Below, piece after piece: positions 1-7,172 of a stretch of DNA of 64,000 nt; position 1 is the stretch's first letter, and every line of letters starts with the position of its first letter. The DNA lies in the NCBI GenBank assembly GCA_036559885.1, contig DATBSH010000320.1, forward strand, positions 1,565 to 65,564, written 5' to 3'. The stretch comes from Pyrinomonadaceae bacterium. Its GTDB lineage: Bacteria > Acidobacteriota > Blastocatellia > Pyrinomonadales > Pyrinomonadaceae. The translations under genes were made by a program, and so were the position numbers. The notes beneath the pieces were generated by a model. That model was given only the letters and a program-made list of their open reading frames with translations, made no database searches and was not told the origin of the DNA.

Positions 1-171
1 AGTGTAAATACCGCGACGCGGGTTGACTTTTGGAATAAGTGGATACTGACCGATCCAATTAGAGAGTTCGTCTGTTTGTGATTGCGCGGCAGTTGAAAGC
101 GAAATCAAGAGCGCGAATGAAAGGATTAAGCCGGAGGGATGAAGGATGAGCAATGAAGTTTTCTTATTCAT
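1..171 (-). CDS. Exported protein, N-terminal fragment running off the left edge of the window
   Basis: Not in the ORF track because there is no stop in the window. Minus-strand ATG at 171..169 with AAGGA 6 nt upstream. My hand translation MNKKTSLLILHPSGLILSFALLISLSTAAQSQTDELSNWIGQYPLIPKVNPRRGIYT stays open to position 1. It has a KK n-region, a hydrophobic core and an AAQ-S cleavage-like site. Confidence 0.4.
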   Translation of the reverse strand, partial: MNKKTSLLILHPSGLILSFALLISLSTAAQSQTDELSNWIGQYPLIPKVNPRRGIYT

Positions 172-180
172 CCTTCATCC
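137..180. repeat. GGATGAA-heptamer hairpin (13-bp perfect stem)
   Basis: GGATGAAGGATGA (137..149) pairs with TCATCCTTCATCC (168..180). Same heptamer family as 911..975. Confidence 0.85.
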
Positions 181-459
181 TTGTTTCACCAAGACAGCAC
201 TTCGGAGATTTGAGATCTACCCGCCGGTGCAAGTCGTTCCGAAGGGTCCGCTCTTACTCCCATCCCCTGTCCACTTTTCAACATTCGCCGTCTTGTCATT
301 CGCCGTTTCCAAAGCGAATAGCAATTTCGGGGCACACCGGCAGCCATAGTAATGATTAACGCTGTGCGTCACTCCATTAACAGTTACTCGTGTAATCGCC
401 GATGCCATGTCAGTGCAGAATCCACAACGTAGAGTAGTCCCTTCTCTTCCTTGTTTAGC

Positions 460-885
460 TCACTTCTTGAAGAGTTTCGCAAAAGCCTGACGAGCGTCGT
501 TCGGTGTACCTGAGGAAGTTTCGCGCTCCACAATGGTTCGCGGCGCAAACAGTTCGCACGTATTGCGTGCGTTCTTGTTCACTATGCGCACTTTAATCGT
601 CTTTCGACATTCGAAGCGCGCACTCGGATCAAAGTAGGTGCATTGACGACACGTGTGGAGCTCAGCCCGGCAGTTTGCGCAAGAGCTGTTGACGTTGATG
701 TTAGGTGGCGCCGGTGCTCCGCAAGCGGCGCACTTCACCTTCTCGCCAAATGCCATCATCTTTGGCGAGCGTGGACCTTCACGATCATGAGGCTTCGATT
801 GCGGGGGCCTTGATTGCGACTTTGGTCGTTGCGGCTCACGATCGTTTTCCATGTAGCCGCGTTGGCGATATTTGCGGTCGCTCAT
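460..885 (-). CDS. Cysteine-rich zinc-ribbon-like protein with a basic, Pro/Arg-rich N-terminus
   Basis: 141-aa ORF with paired Cys motifs CAACG...CANC and CRQC...C(x) typical of zinc ribbons. No family recognised. Confidence 0.6.
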   Translation of the reverse strand: MSDRKYRQRGYMENDREPQRPKSQSRPPQSKPHDREGPRSPKMMAFGEKVKCAACGAPAPPNINVNSSCANCRAELHTCRQCTYFDPSARFECRKTIKVRIVNKNARNTCELFAPRTIVERETSSGTPNDARQAFAKLFKK

Positions 886-910
886 ATTTTTGTGCTCCAG
901 TTTAAAGCAG

Positions 911-975
911 GGATGAAGGATGAGGGATGAAGGATGAAGGGTATCGTTGAACTGCTTTCATCCTTCATCCTATCC
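911..975. repeat. Inverted arrays of heptamer GGATGAA (x4) and TTCATCC (x2.5)
   Basis: GGATGAA GGATGAG GGATGAA GGATGAA at 911..938; TTCATCC TTCATCC TATCC at 957..975. Confidence 0.85.
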
Positions 976-1007
976 TTGTTATTGTTCGCCGTGATCTTTC
1001 CTAAAGT

Positions 1008-1268
1008 CTACGCCTCTCTTGCTCTTTCTAACGCCCCTTCGAAATAAATCGCCTCTAACCCTGTTGCCCAGTATTCAATTGCCGTTTTGTTGGGCTGTGA
1101 CGTTTCCTGCCCAGTCCGTAGCACTTCACGAAATGCACTCGTTGGACTGAATTCAAGCCAGCCGGCCCATGTCCCATCAACTCGTTCTTCCCCGTAGCTG
1201 CGCACAATGTATTCAGTGCCATCGGGCCCAGCAACCCTTGTTGAGTATTCCTGCAAAAGCTCCGCCAT
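1008..1268 (-). CDS. Hypothetical small protein (86 aa from the internal Met)
   Basis: ORF 1008..1304. I prefer the ATG at 1268 (MAELLQEY...) because GAGGGGG lies 4-10 nt upstream and it avoids overlapping the upstream gene's stop at 1298. Confidence 0.55.
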   Translation of the reverse strand: MAELLQEYSTRVAGPDGTEYIVRSYGEERVDGTWAGWLEFSPTSAFREVLRTGQETSQPNKTAIEYWATGLEAIYFEGALERAREA

Positions 1269-1297
1269 ATTCCCCCCTCTTTCGAAAATCACCTGGC

Positions 1298-1831
1298 TCA
1301 GCAACGCAATCGGTTTAGGATCTCATCAGCGACATCGCGTGCCGTTCGGTTCTCAGTGGCTACAGATTCACCGAAGTGTGCGTTGCGATGGGCCTCAACA
1401 CATTCTCTGATTCGACGCGCAAGCCAGTTCCCTTCGTTTTCCGATCGATTTAGGCGGCTTGCGAGGCGCCGCTCTATTGTCTCTAAACTTGCCGCAAGAC
1501 AAAAGACGCGCGGTTGTGAACCTTGGTTTTGCAAGCCGGACAACACCTCGTCAAAATATTCGCGTGAACTAAACGTCATTGGCACGATAACCGGACCCGA
1601 GGCGAACCGGCCAAAAAGTCGAACCCCCGCACACAAAGACCTTCGCCATAACGGGATGTTCTGAAAGTCATCAGCTTCCCAGCGACGGATTCTGAACACT
1701 TTTCCCAGACGCATCAAAGCGATTCCAAACCATTCCGGATCGTAAATCAAACTCCCGGGCAAGGCGCTCCGCAGCAGGCGCGCTACCGTCGTCTTACCGA
1801 TTCCGAAGGAACCGTTGATCATTATTACCAT
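1298..1831 (-). CDS. P-loop NTPase / small-molecule kinase-like protein (TmrB / chloramphenicol-phosphotransferase-like fold)
   Basis: N-terminal Walker A NGSFGIGKTT; size about 175 aa. Family assignment is by motif only. Confidence 0.7.
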   Translation of the reverse strand: MVIMINGSFGIGKTTVARLLRSALPGSLIYDPEWFGIALMRLGKVFRIRRWEADDFQNIPLWRRSLCAGVRLFGRFASGPVIVPMTFSSREYFDEVLSGLQNQGSQPRVFCLAASLETIERRLASRLNRSENEGNWLARRIRECVEAHRNAHFGESVATENRTARDVADEILNRLRC

Positions 1832-1867
1832 TGCAAGCGTTTCTGCGTCAGAAGGCGCTCCAAACCC

Positions 1868-1979
1868 TTAGCAGTGAGTAGGACAAGCATTCCTGCCTGT
1901 CTCCTCTGACAGCCATTAGCAGTGAGTAGGACAGCCATTCTTGCCTGTCTCCTCTGACAGCCAGGAATGGCTGTCCTAC
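1868..1979. repeat. 48-bp tandem duplication followed by an inverted 15-mer
   Basis: Units 1868..1915 and 1916..1963 differ at about 3 positions. GTAGGACAGCCATTC (1926..1940) pairs with GAATGGCTGTCCTAC (1965..1979). Confidence 0.85.
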
Positions 1980-1982
1980 CAG

Positions 1983-2180
1983 TCATGAAGATCCCTTTTT
2001 CCGACTATTCATCCACAAAGCTACAGTCAGAGCGCCGACAACGCCACCGGTAACGGCAACATTGGCTCGACCTAGAATCAATGTTTGCAGGAGCGTCACG
2101 ACAACAGCAGTGACAATCGCAACCACAACAAGAATTCCGATTGACTTCGCGGTCAAACTATTACTTTGGTTTTCTGCCAT
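1983..2180 (-). CDS. Small membrane protein (2 predicted TM helices)
   Basis: ORF 1983..2213. The ATG at 2180 (MAENQ...) has GGGAGG 7 nt upstream. Hydrophobic stretches ILVVVAIVTAVVVTLLQTLIL and VTGGVVGALTVALW. Confidence 0.5.
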   Translation of the reverse strand: MAENQSNSLTAKSIGILVVVAIVTAVVVTLLQTLILGRANVAVTGGVVGALTVALWMNSRKKGSS

Positions 2181-2247
2181 GATGGGGCCTCCCGGTGAGT
2201 GAGCATTAGTCACAATTAACGATGTCTAAATCAGCAAGAGACGTGCC

Positions 2248-2718
2248 TCAGCGATGTAACCTGAACGTGTCTTGTTCTGTAACTGAGGCATCCGAAGTCG
2301 AGACAGAAGCTGCGCTCGGCGACGGATTGAGCGGTGAACCCGCATCGGTTTGCGACAAACCCAAATCTACGGCTTGCGTTTGTGTATTCAACAGACGGGC
2401 AACACGATGGGATTTCCTCGCACTCTGCAGAAATAAAAGGAGGATAATAATCAGAATGACGGCCGCGCTTTGAAGATTTGAAAAACCAAGCCAACCGCCG
2501 CTAAAGATTGTGGCGATCGATACCAGTATCAGAAAGACAGCAAGCGCAATCCGCAGACGATAGCGGAAGTTTCCTTCTTCGCCTTTAACCACTTTGATGG
2601 CCTCATCTATTCGACCATCAAGCGCGACCCGGACTGCCGACAGCGGTTTTCCACACTGACGGCAGTATTTCTTCTCAGCGTCGTTTTCGGAACCGCATCC
2701 GGGACAGAACATCTGCAT
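2248..2718 (-). CDS. Zinc-ribbon domain membrane protein
   Basis: N-terminal CPGCG...CRQCG zinc ribbon, followed by two hydrophobic helices. Confidence 0.65.
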   Translation of the reverse strand: MQMFCPGCGSENDAEKKYCRQCGKPLSAVRVALDGRIDEAIKVVKGEEGNFRYRLRIALAVFLILVSIATIFSGGWLGFSNLQSAAVILIIILLLFLQSARKSHRVARLLNTQTQAVDLGLSQTDAGSPLNPSPSAASVSTSDASVTEQDTFRLHR

Positions 2719-2719
2719 A

Positions 2720-3559
2720 TCACCGTTTCGTTTTCTCAGCTACAGCGTACAACACGTTAGCTTCAACTGCCCGCACCTCTGCGTCCTTTATGTAGTCCAA
2801 ATTCTTGAGTCGAACTACTTCGTAGTCGCGCTCGCTGAGCTGTTCCACGGTGCCGCGATAGCCTGTGCCAAGCACCATGGACCACCAGTCTTCCGGTTTA
2901 CGCACCGGCTGAGTTCCGGCTTCGGCGCCAATCTGGCACCCCGGGATTTCCGCACGAACGAACAGCTTTTCAAGAGCGGCTGGTTCCGAAATCCTGTACC
3001 AGGGATTGAATGATTTATAAAGGTCTGGCCGTACTGACTGAATGGAGTTCCAAAAACCCGTGCTCGCTGGTTCGAAGAAGCGCGCGCCCCAAGTCGTAAT
3101 CGCGAGTTTTCCATTCGGCATCACGAAGCGCCAGAGCTCTCTCATCGCCGCTTCCATGTCGGGTATAAAGAAGATACCGAAGACACAGATTACTGCGTCG
3201 AAGCTCTCGGCCTCAAGATTTAACTGAAGCAGATCGCCCTGGCGAAATTCAACGTTCCTTAACGCCCTCTGGTTCGCTTTCTTTGTGGCAAGATTCAGTA
3301 AGTTTTCTGCGAGATCAATGCCGAGCACAAAGCCACGCTCACCAACCGTTTCCGCTGCGGGAATGGCTGATGCTCCGCTGCCACAACAGACATCGAGTAC
3401 GCGCGCGCCTTCTTTTAACCCGATCCTCTCTACAGTACGACGACCGAAGCGACTCCAGAAAGAATTCGCTTCATGTTCATACGTGTCAGACGCAGCATTG
3501 TAGGCGGCGGCTGTCTTCTGCTTTGTCTCTTCGGGTGTTCCGGCGGACGGTTCCAGCAT
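2720..3559 (-). CDS. Class I SAM-dependent methyltransferase
   Basis: Motif I VLDVCCGSGASAI, motif II-like DAVICVFG; 279 aa. Confidence 0.85.
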   Translation of the reverse strand: MLEPSAGTPEETKQKTAAAYNAASDTYEHEANSFWSRFGRRTVERIGLKEGARVLDVCCGSGASAIPAAETVGERGFVLGIDLAENLLNLATKKANQRALRNVEFRQGDLLQLNLEAESFDAVICVFGIFFIPDMEAAMRELWRFVMPNGKLAITTWGARFFEPASTGFWNSIQSVRPDLYKSFNPWYRISEPAALEKLFVRAEIPGCQIGAEAGTQPVRKPEDWWSMVLGTGYRGTVEQLSERDYEVVRLKNLDYIKDAEVRAVEANVLYAVAEKTKR

Positions 3560-3583
3560 CGTTTGACTCGTCTAAGTGAGTTG

Positions 3584-4384
3584 TTATCCGCTCCGGAGGT
3601 GCGTCCAAACGTCTCCGATAGTTTGCGCAGCCGGCACGGCTCGCTGAAGCAGATAACCTGCGACACCGAAGAAAATAAGGACAATAGTTGCGGGCAATAT
3701 TGTTCGACGAATGGCGGCGCGAAGCCAATGCCGTTGCTCAATCCGCTTGACGCGCCGATATAAGCTAACCACCAGCACCCCGTCAACAAGAATCTCAGCC
3801 AATAAGGCGGGAGCAATGTAGATTATGTAAAACGAAGCCACTAGACCGGCAATCACCGCAGCGATTGCGAGGACAATTGCTATCACAACTAGACATCCTT
3901 CATCGCCCAAGTCGAAATCGAACCCTATGAGGGACGTAGTTGAGTTTCCACTTGGCGGGGACGGCGCGGGTGAAACATTGCTGGTCCAGTCATCGCCACC
4001 ACTTCCACCTCCGCCAAAATCTGCATCACCGCCAAATCCAGAAACAGGTTTCTCACGCGGGTGAATGTCTGTTGGAATGATGTCAGCAACCAAGTCAATA
4101 ACATCCGAGTCAACGTTGAGCGACCTGCCGTGAAGCCATAACCAAATTGCTAGCTGACCGAGAAATGCCAAGTAGGCGATCAAAATTGAGATGGGATATC
4201 GCACCCACATTTGGGACATGCCGGACCCAAGTAAGATAAAAGAGGTTAACAAACCGGACAGAGCAGTAGCGAAGAGAATTACTGTCATTACTAATCGAGG
4301 CGTGCTCTTCTTCGACAAACGCTGCCTAATCCGCTCGATTCGGCGCTCTCGGTTCTTTCGCTTTTCTTTAAATGTCGACGTCAT
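3584..4384 (-). CDS. Hypothetical polytopic membrane protein with a Gly/Asp-rich loop
   Basis: 266-aa ORF with a basic N-terminus, 4-5 hydrophobic helices and a central GFGGDADFGGGGSGGDD loop. Overlaps the upstream gene by 4 nt (ATGA). Confidence 0.65.
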   Translation of the reverse strand: MTSTFKEKRKNRERRIERIRQRLSKKSTPRLVMTVILFATALSGLLTSFILLGSGMSQMWVRYPISILIAYLAFLGQLAIWLWLHGRSLNVDSDVIDLVADIIPTDIHPREKPVSGFGGDADFGGGGSGGDDWTSNVSPAPSPPSGNSTTSLIGFDFDLGDEGCLVVIAIVLAIAAVIAGLVASFYIIYIAPALLAEILVDGVLVVSLYRRVKRIEQRHWLRAAIRRTILPATIVLIFFGVAGYLLQRAVPAAQTIGDVWTHLRSG

Positions 4385-5187
4385 CGTGGTGCAGAAAACA
4401 CCGCCCTCAGCAGCAAGGGCAAGTTAGCAAGCAACATCGTGAACCACACAATTTTTCTTCCTCGATCCTGGACGAGATAGAAAATGCGGCCTGGAAAATA
4501 GACCAGCAGCGCCAGCGTGCCAATGACAATAAATCTTCCGAAGACGTCAGTGAAGCTGCCTGGTCGACCAAGTGGAGTGCTTAGCATGTTCTGCCAGAAC
4601 GACTCGGCAGAGGTTAGATTGTTCCAAAGGATTTGCAGACAAATCACGTTGAGGAACATGCATAAGTCGCCGAGTATAGCGGCCTTGTGAGTAGTGAGAA
4701 ACTTCCACTTAGGCGGCCTTTTCGGTGTAACGAAATACCGGTAAATCAATACCGCGTTAATGATGGACCAAAAGAAACCGAGCAGAATAAGTATGGTTCC
4801 GACGTCTGAGCTCGTCGGTCCCGGTTCGAACACCACGTCGGTCAATATGATCGTCGCTGTACTTGCGACCAGCAGCATCATCACGAGGTAACAAAACATG
4901 AACCAGAAAATCAGACACCCCACAGCGGGATTCGCGTCAGCTTTGTCCTCATGATGAAAGGACCAGCGCTTTAGTACAGGACCGATTGGCTGGAGGAGGA
5001 ACAGACCGGCAAAGAAAAGACCTACCACCGTCTTGGCCTGAACGTCTTCTTCAGCCTGATTAACGAGGTCCTTCGACAAACGTGTCAGGAAGATCATTAG
5101 GGTGATATTGAGGACGAAGACGACGAGGTCCAGTAGAATCCCCCGATTCTGAGGCTCAAAGAGCTGTCGGAGATCGAGCTTCTTCAT
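4381..5187 (-). CDS. Hypothetical polytopic membrane protein
   Basis: ORF 4381..5262. The first 25 codons are read out of the dispersed repeat at 5209..5248, so I call the ATG at 5187 (MKKLDL...). About 7 hydrophobic helices. Confidence 0.65.
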   Translation of the reverse strand: MKKLDLRQLFEPQNRGILLDLVVFVLNITLMIFLTRLSKDLVNQAEEDVQAKTVVGLFFAGLFLLQPIGPVLKRWSFHHEDKADANPAVGCLIFWFMFCYLVMMLLVASTATIILTDVVFEPGPTSSDVGTILILLGFFWSIINAVLIYRYFVTPKRPPKWKFLTTHKAAILGDLCMFLNVICLQILWNNLTSAESFWQNMLSTPLGRPGSFTDVFGRFIVIGTLALLVYFPGRIFYLVQDRGRKIVWFTMLLANLPLLLRAVFSAPR

Positions 5188-5208
5188 CTTTGGGAATAAA
5201 TGTCCGTT

Positions 5209-5368
5209 AAAGCAGATCCACAGATTTCCACCGATTACACAGATTAAGAATTTAGAGAGCAACGTCTAGTGAATCAGCTACTCTTGCTTTAGCGAGGAAG
5301 TCTACAAGGTCGACCAGCTAAATCAGATCTAATCTGTGTAATCGCTGGAAATCTGTGGAGCTGCTTTC
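5209..5368. repeat. Miniature inverted pair of the dispersed AAGCAGATCCAC...ACACAGATTA repeat (two ~40-bp arms, 80-bp core)
   Basis: 5209..5248 is the near reverse complement of 5329..5368, and both match the ends of the cassette at 35670..36324. Confidence 0.8.
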
Positions 5369-5369
5369 G

Positions 5370-5804
5370 TTATTCGATCGCCTTCTTGATCATCGCTGCG
5401 GTTGCATCGAGTTCGTTGCGACTGGGCCGGCGTTTATAACCCGGAGGTAGAACCAATCTAAACCCATCGCCTTTGAACCTCGGGAATATGTGCAGATGTA
5501 CGTGAAAAACTTCCTGTCCGGCGGCTTCGCCGTCGGCAAGAAAGAAGTTAACGCCCTCGCATCTCAAACCACTCTTCCTTAGAGCGCGCGTAAGCTGGTG
5601 GGCCACAACGAGCATCCGGGCGCTTTCCTTTTCCTTTAGCCCCGCCACCTCTGCCGTATGTCTGTTCGGAACTACCAGCACGTGACCGCGGTTGACCGGT
5701 TGAATATCCATAAACGCCGAGCACACCTCATCTTGATGAACCATGCTCACTTCAAGTTCACCCGTGAGGAGTTTACAGATCACGCATTCTTTAGGCGCAG
5801 TCAT
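5370..5804 (-). CDS. HIT-family nucleotide hydrolase/transferase
   Basis: Histidine triad HVHLHIFPR; N-terminal C-x-x-C; 144 aa. Confidence 0.9.
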   Translation of the reverse strand: MTAPKECVICKLLTGELEVSMVHQDEVCSAFMDIQPVNRGHVLVVPNRHTAEVAGLKEKESARMLVVAHQLTRALRKSGLRCEGVNFFLADGEAAGQEVFHVHLHIFPRFKGDGFRLVLPPGYKRRPSRNELDATAAMIKKAIE

Positions 5805-6021
5805 GAAAGGGGATCAATTGAGTATCGTGCGCGATAACACGATGGAACCCGGTCTGGATTCAGTACCGTTTGCGGTAGCAAATGGTCAAGACTCAACGCG
5901 ATAGGACCGTTGCCAAACTGCTAGGGCATTGAACAAGAAAGACAGCGAGCCTGAAACCACGGTCAGGGTCAGGCCACTCAACATCATGATGTTGCTTAGG
6001 TAGCCGAAGAACTCCTAAGTA

Positions 6022-6121
6022 CACTCAACCACAGAACGGGAGCGAAGCGACCGATTTCAACTAACGATACTCTCAACGCGGGTTGAAATCGGTCGCTTCG
6101 CTCCCGTTCTGTGGTTGAGTG
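6022..6121. repeat. Perfect 40-bp inverted repeat with a 20-nt loop
   Basis: CACTCAACCACAGAACGGGAGCGAAGCGACCGATTTCAAC (6022..6061) and its exact reverse complement at 6082..6121. Confidence 0.9.
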
Positions 6122-6228
6122 CGATCGCGATCGGCCATAACACTGCGACGTGACGTTCACTGCGGCCGACATGCTACGTTGTTCGTCCGTAATCCACAGT
6201 TTCTGTGCTCACCGAGTTAAACAAAGCA

Positions 6229-6624
6229 TTATTCGGATGGCAGCAGTTCGCCGATGCAGTAGCAGAGGCCATCAGGAGCGACCACGAAGAAAACTTTATA
6301 GCGCGAGTCGCCATTATCTTGAATGGAGAATGACTCAGACGCTCCTTTTCCAAGCCCATTAGCTTTGAACTCTGCAAATGCTGCCTCAACGTCATCAACT
6401 TTGAAGAAGCATCCGTCCTGACTGGAATCGCCACCGTTTTCTGCGAGGCGGATTTGAATCCCATCTCTACCTAAGACCGCTGACCCGTGAGGTGACTTGC
6501 TGCGCGATACCAGTTGAAAACCCATCATCGATTCGTAGAAAGGAACGGCGTCATCCACGTTCGCGACAGGTAGGTTCATGTTATCACCCTGGTATCCCCA
6601 GGCGGTTTCAAAGGTTGCTTTCAT
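6229..6624 (-). CDS. VOC (glyoxalase/bleomycin-resistance) family protein
   Basis: 131 aa. The beta-alpha-beta-beta-beta pattern (VDDAVPFYESMMGFQLV ... FFVVAPDG) is typical of VOC proteins. Overlaps the upstream ORF by 4 nt. Confidence 0.75.
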   Translation of the reverse strand: MKATFETAWGYQGDNMNLPVANVDDAVPFYESMMGFQLVSRSKSPHGSAVLGRDGIQIRLAENGGDSSQDGCFFKVDDVEAAFAEFKANGLGKGASESFSIQDNGDSRYKVFFVVAPDGLCYCIGELLPSE

Positions 6625-6926
6625 TTATTTAGTCGCGGGCTGCTCCTCGGTGGATGCGGAAAGGCTGCCTCAGCACGTGGAGCTGCCTCAACTCCAGCGT
6701 ATTGAGTTCCATCCGCTGTTAGAGTTACCCAGTCATTTCCTTCTGTCGTGTGTCGAACCAGTAGTCTCCATTTCTTCTCGAGATCTTCAAAGGCCCGAAC
6801 AAGATCTGCGTTACTGAATTCGATTGTGCTGTCGAAGATCTCCTTTGCCAGCAGATCCGCCGCCGCTCGCTGACGGAAGACGTCGAAGATGTATTGTTCG
6901 ATTACCGCTAACTTTCGCTTTTCCAT
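6621..6926 (-). CDS. Hypothetical protein
   Basis: 101-aa ORF translationally coupled (ATGA) to the VOC gene. No motif recognised. Confidence 0.5.
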   Translation of the reverse strand: MEKRKLAVIEQYIFDVFRQRAAADLLAKEIFDSTIEFSNADLVRAFEDLEKKWRLLVRHTTEGNDWVTLTADGTQYAGVEAAPRAEAAFPHPPRSSPRLNK

Positions 6927-7042
6927 TTTTGTTTACCCCGTCCCTCGCATCTATCGCGCGGTCAGGTGGGGGGTGACCGGTCGGGCTTCGCGTATCTGTT
7001 TATCCTAACATCGTGCTCATCGCAAAAGTCCCCAGATAACTG

Positions 7043-7072
7043 TTACGACTTTGTTTCTAAGTACGCTAGAAT
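7043..7072 (+). promoter_or_regulatory. Candidate sigma70-type promoter (TTACGA-N18-TAGAAT)
   Basis: -35 at 7043..7048 and -10 at 7067..7072, read directly. Lies upstream of the FHA/PBP cluster. Confidence 0.3.
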
Positions 7073-7103
7073 ATCGGCGAGCCAGCAATTTTACCCTCTT
7101 CCG

Positions 7104-7131
7104 CGCAGTCAGACCGAAAGACTGCGTTTTT
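7104..7131 (+). terminator. Candidate intrinsic terminator/attenuator in the leader of the FHA-PBP-SEDS cluster
   Basis: Stem CGCAGTC (7104..7110) / GACTGCG (7120..7126), 9-nt loop, then TTTTT (7127..7131). No plus-strand gene lies upstream. Confidence 0.3.
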
Positions 7132-7172
7132 AGCATGACGCTGAGAAAGAACTCTCTAAGTCGAAACTCGTA

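Noticed and set aside
217-408. 63-aa minus-strand ORF (MASAITRVTVNG...)
   Set aside because: It has no SD and no motifs. Plus-strand ORFs of similar length overlap it. It may be non-coding spacer between 171 and 460.
1868-1963. Possible CRISPR array (direct repeats)
   Set aside because: There are only two units, directly abutting with no spacers. The units are 48 bp and end in an inverted segment, and there are no cas genes in the window. It is a tandem duplication or REP-like element.
5886-5987. 33-codon hydrophobic minus-strand ORF (MMLSGLTLTVVSGSLSFLFNALAVWQRSYRVES) next to the 40-bp hairpin, considered as a type I toxin
   Set aside because: There is no Shine-Dalgarno sequence at a workable distance (GGAG is about 24 nt upstream). 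I see no recognisable family and no evident antisense RNA promoter. It is too short to support from sequence alone.
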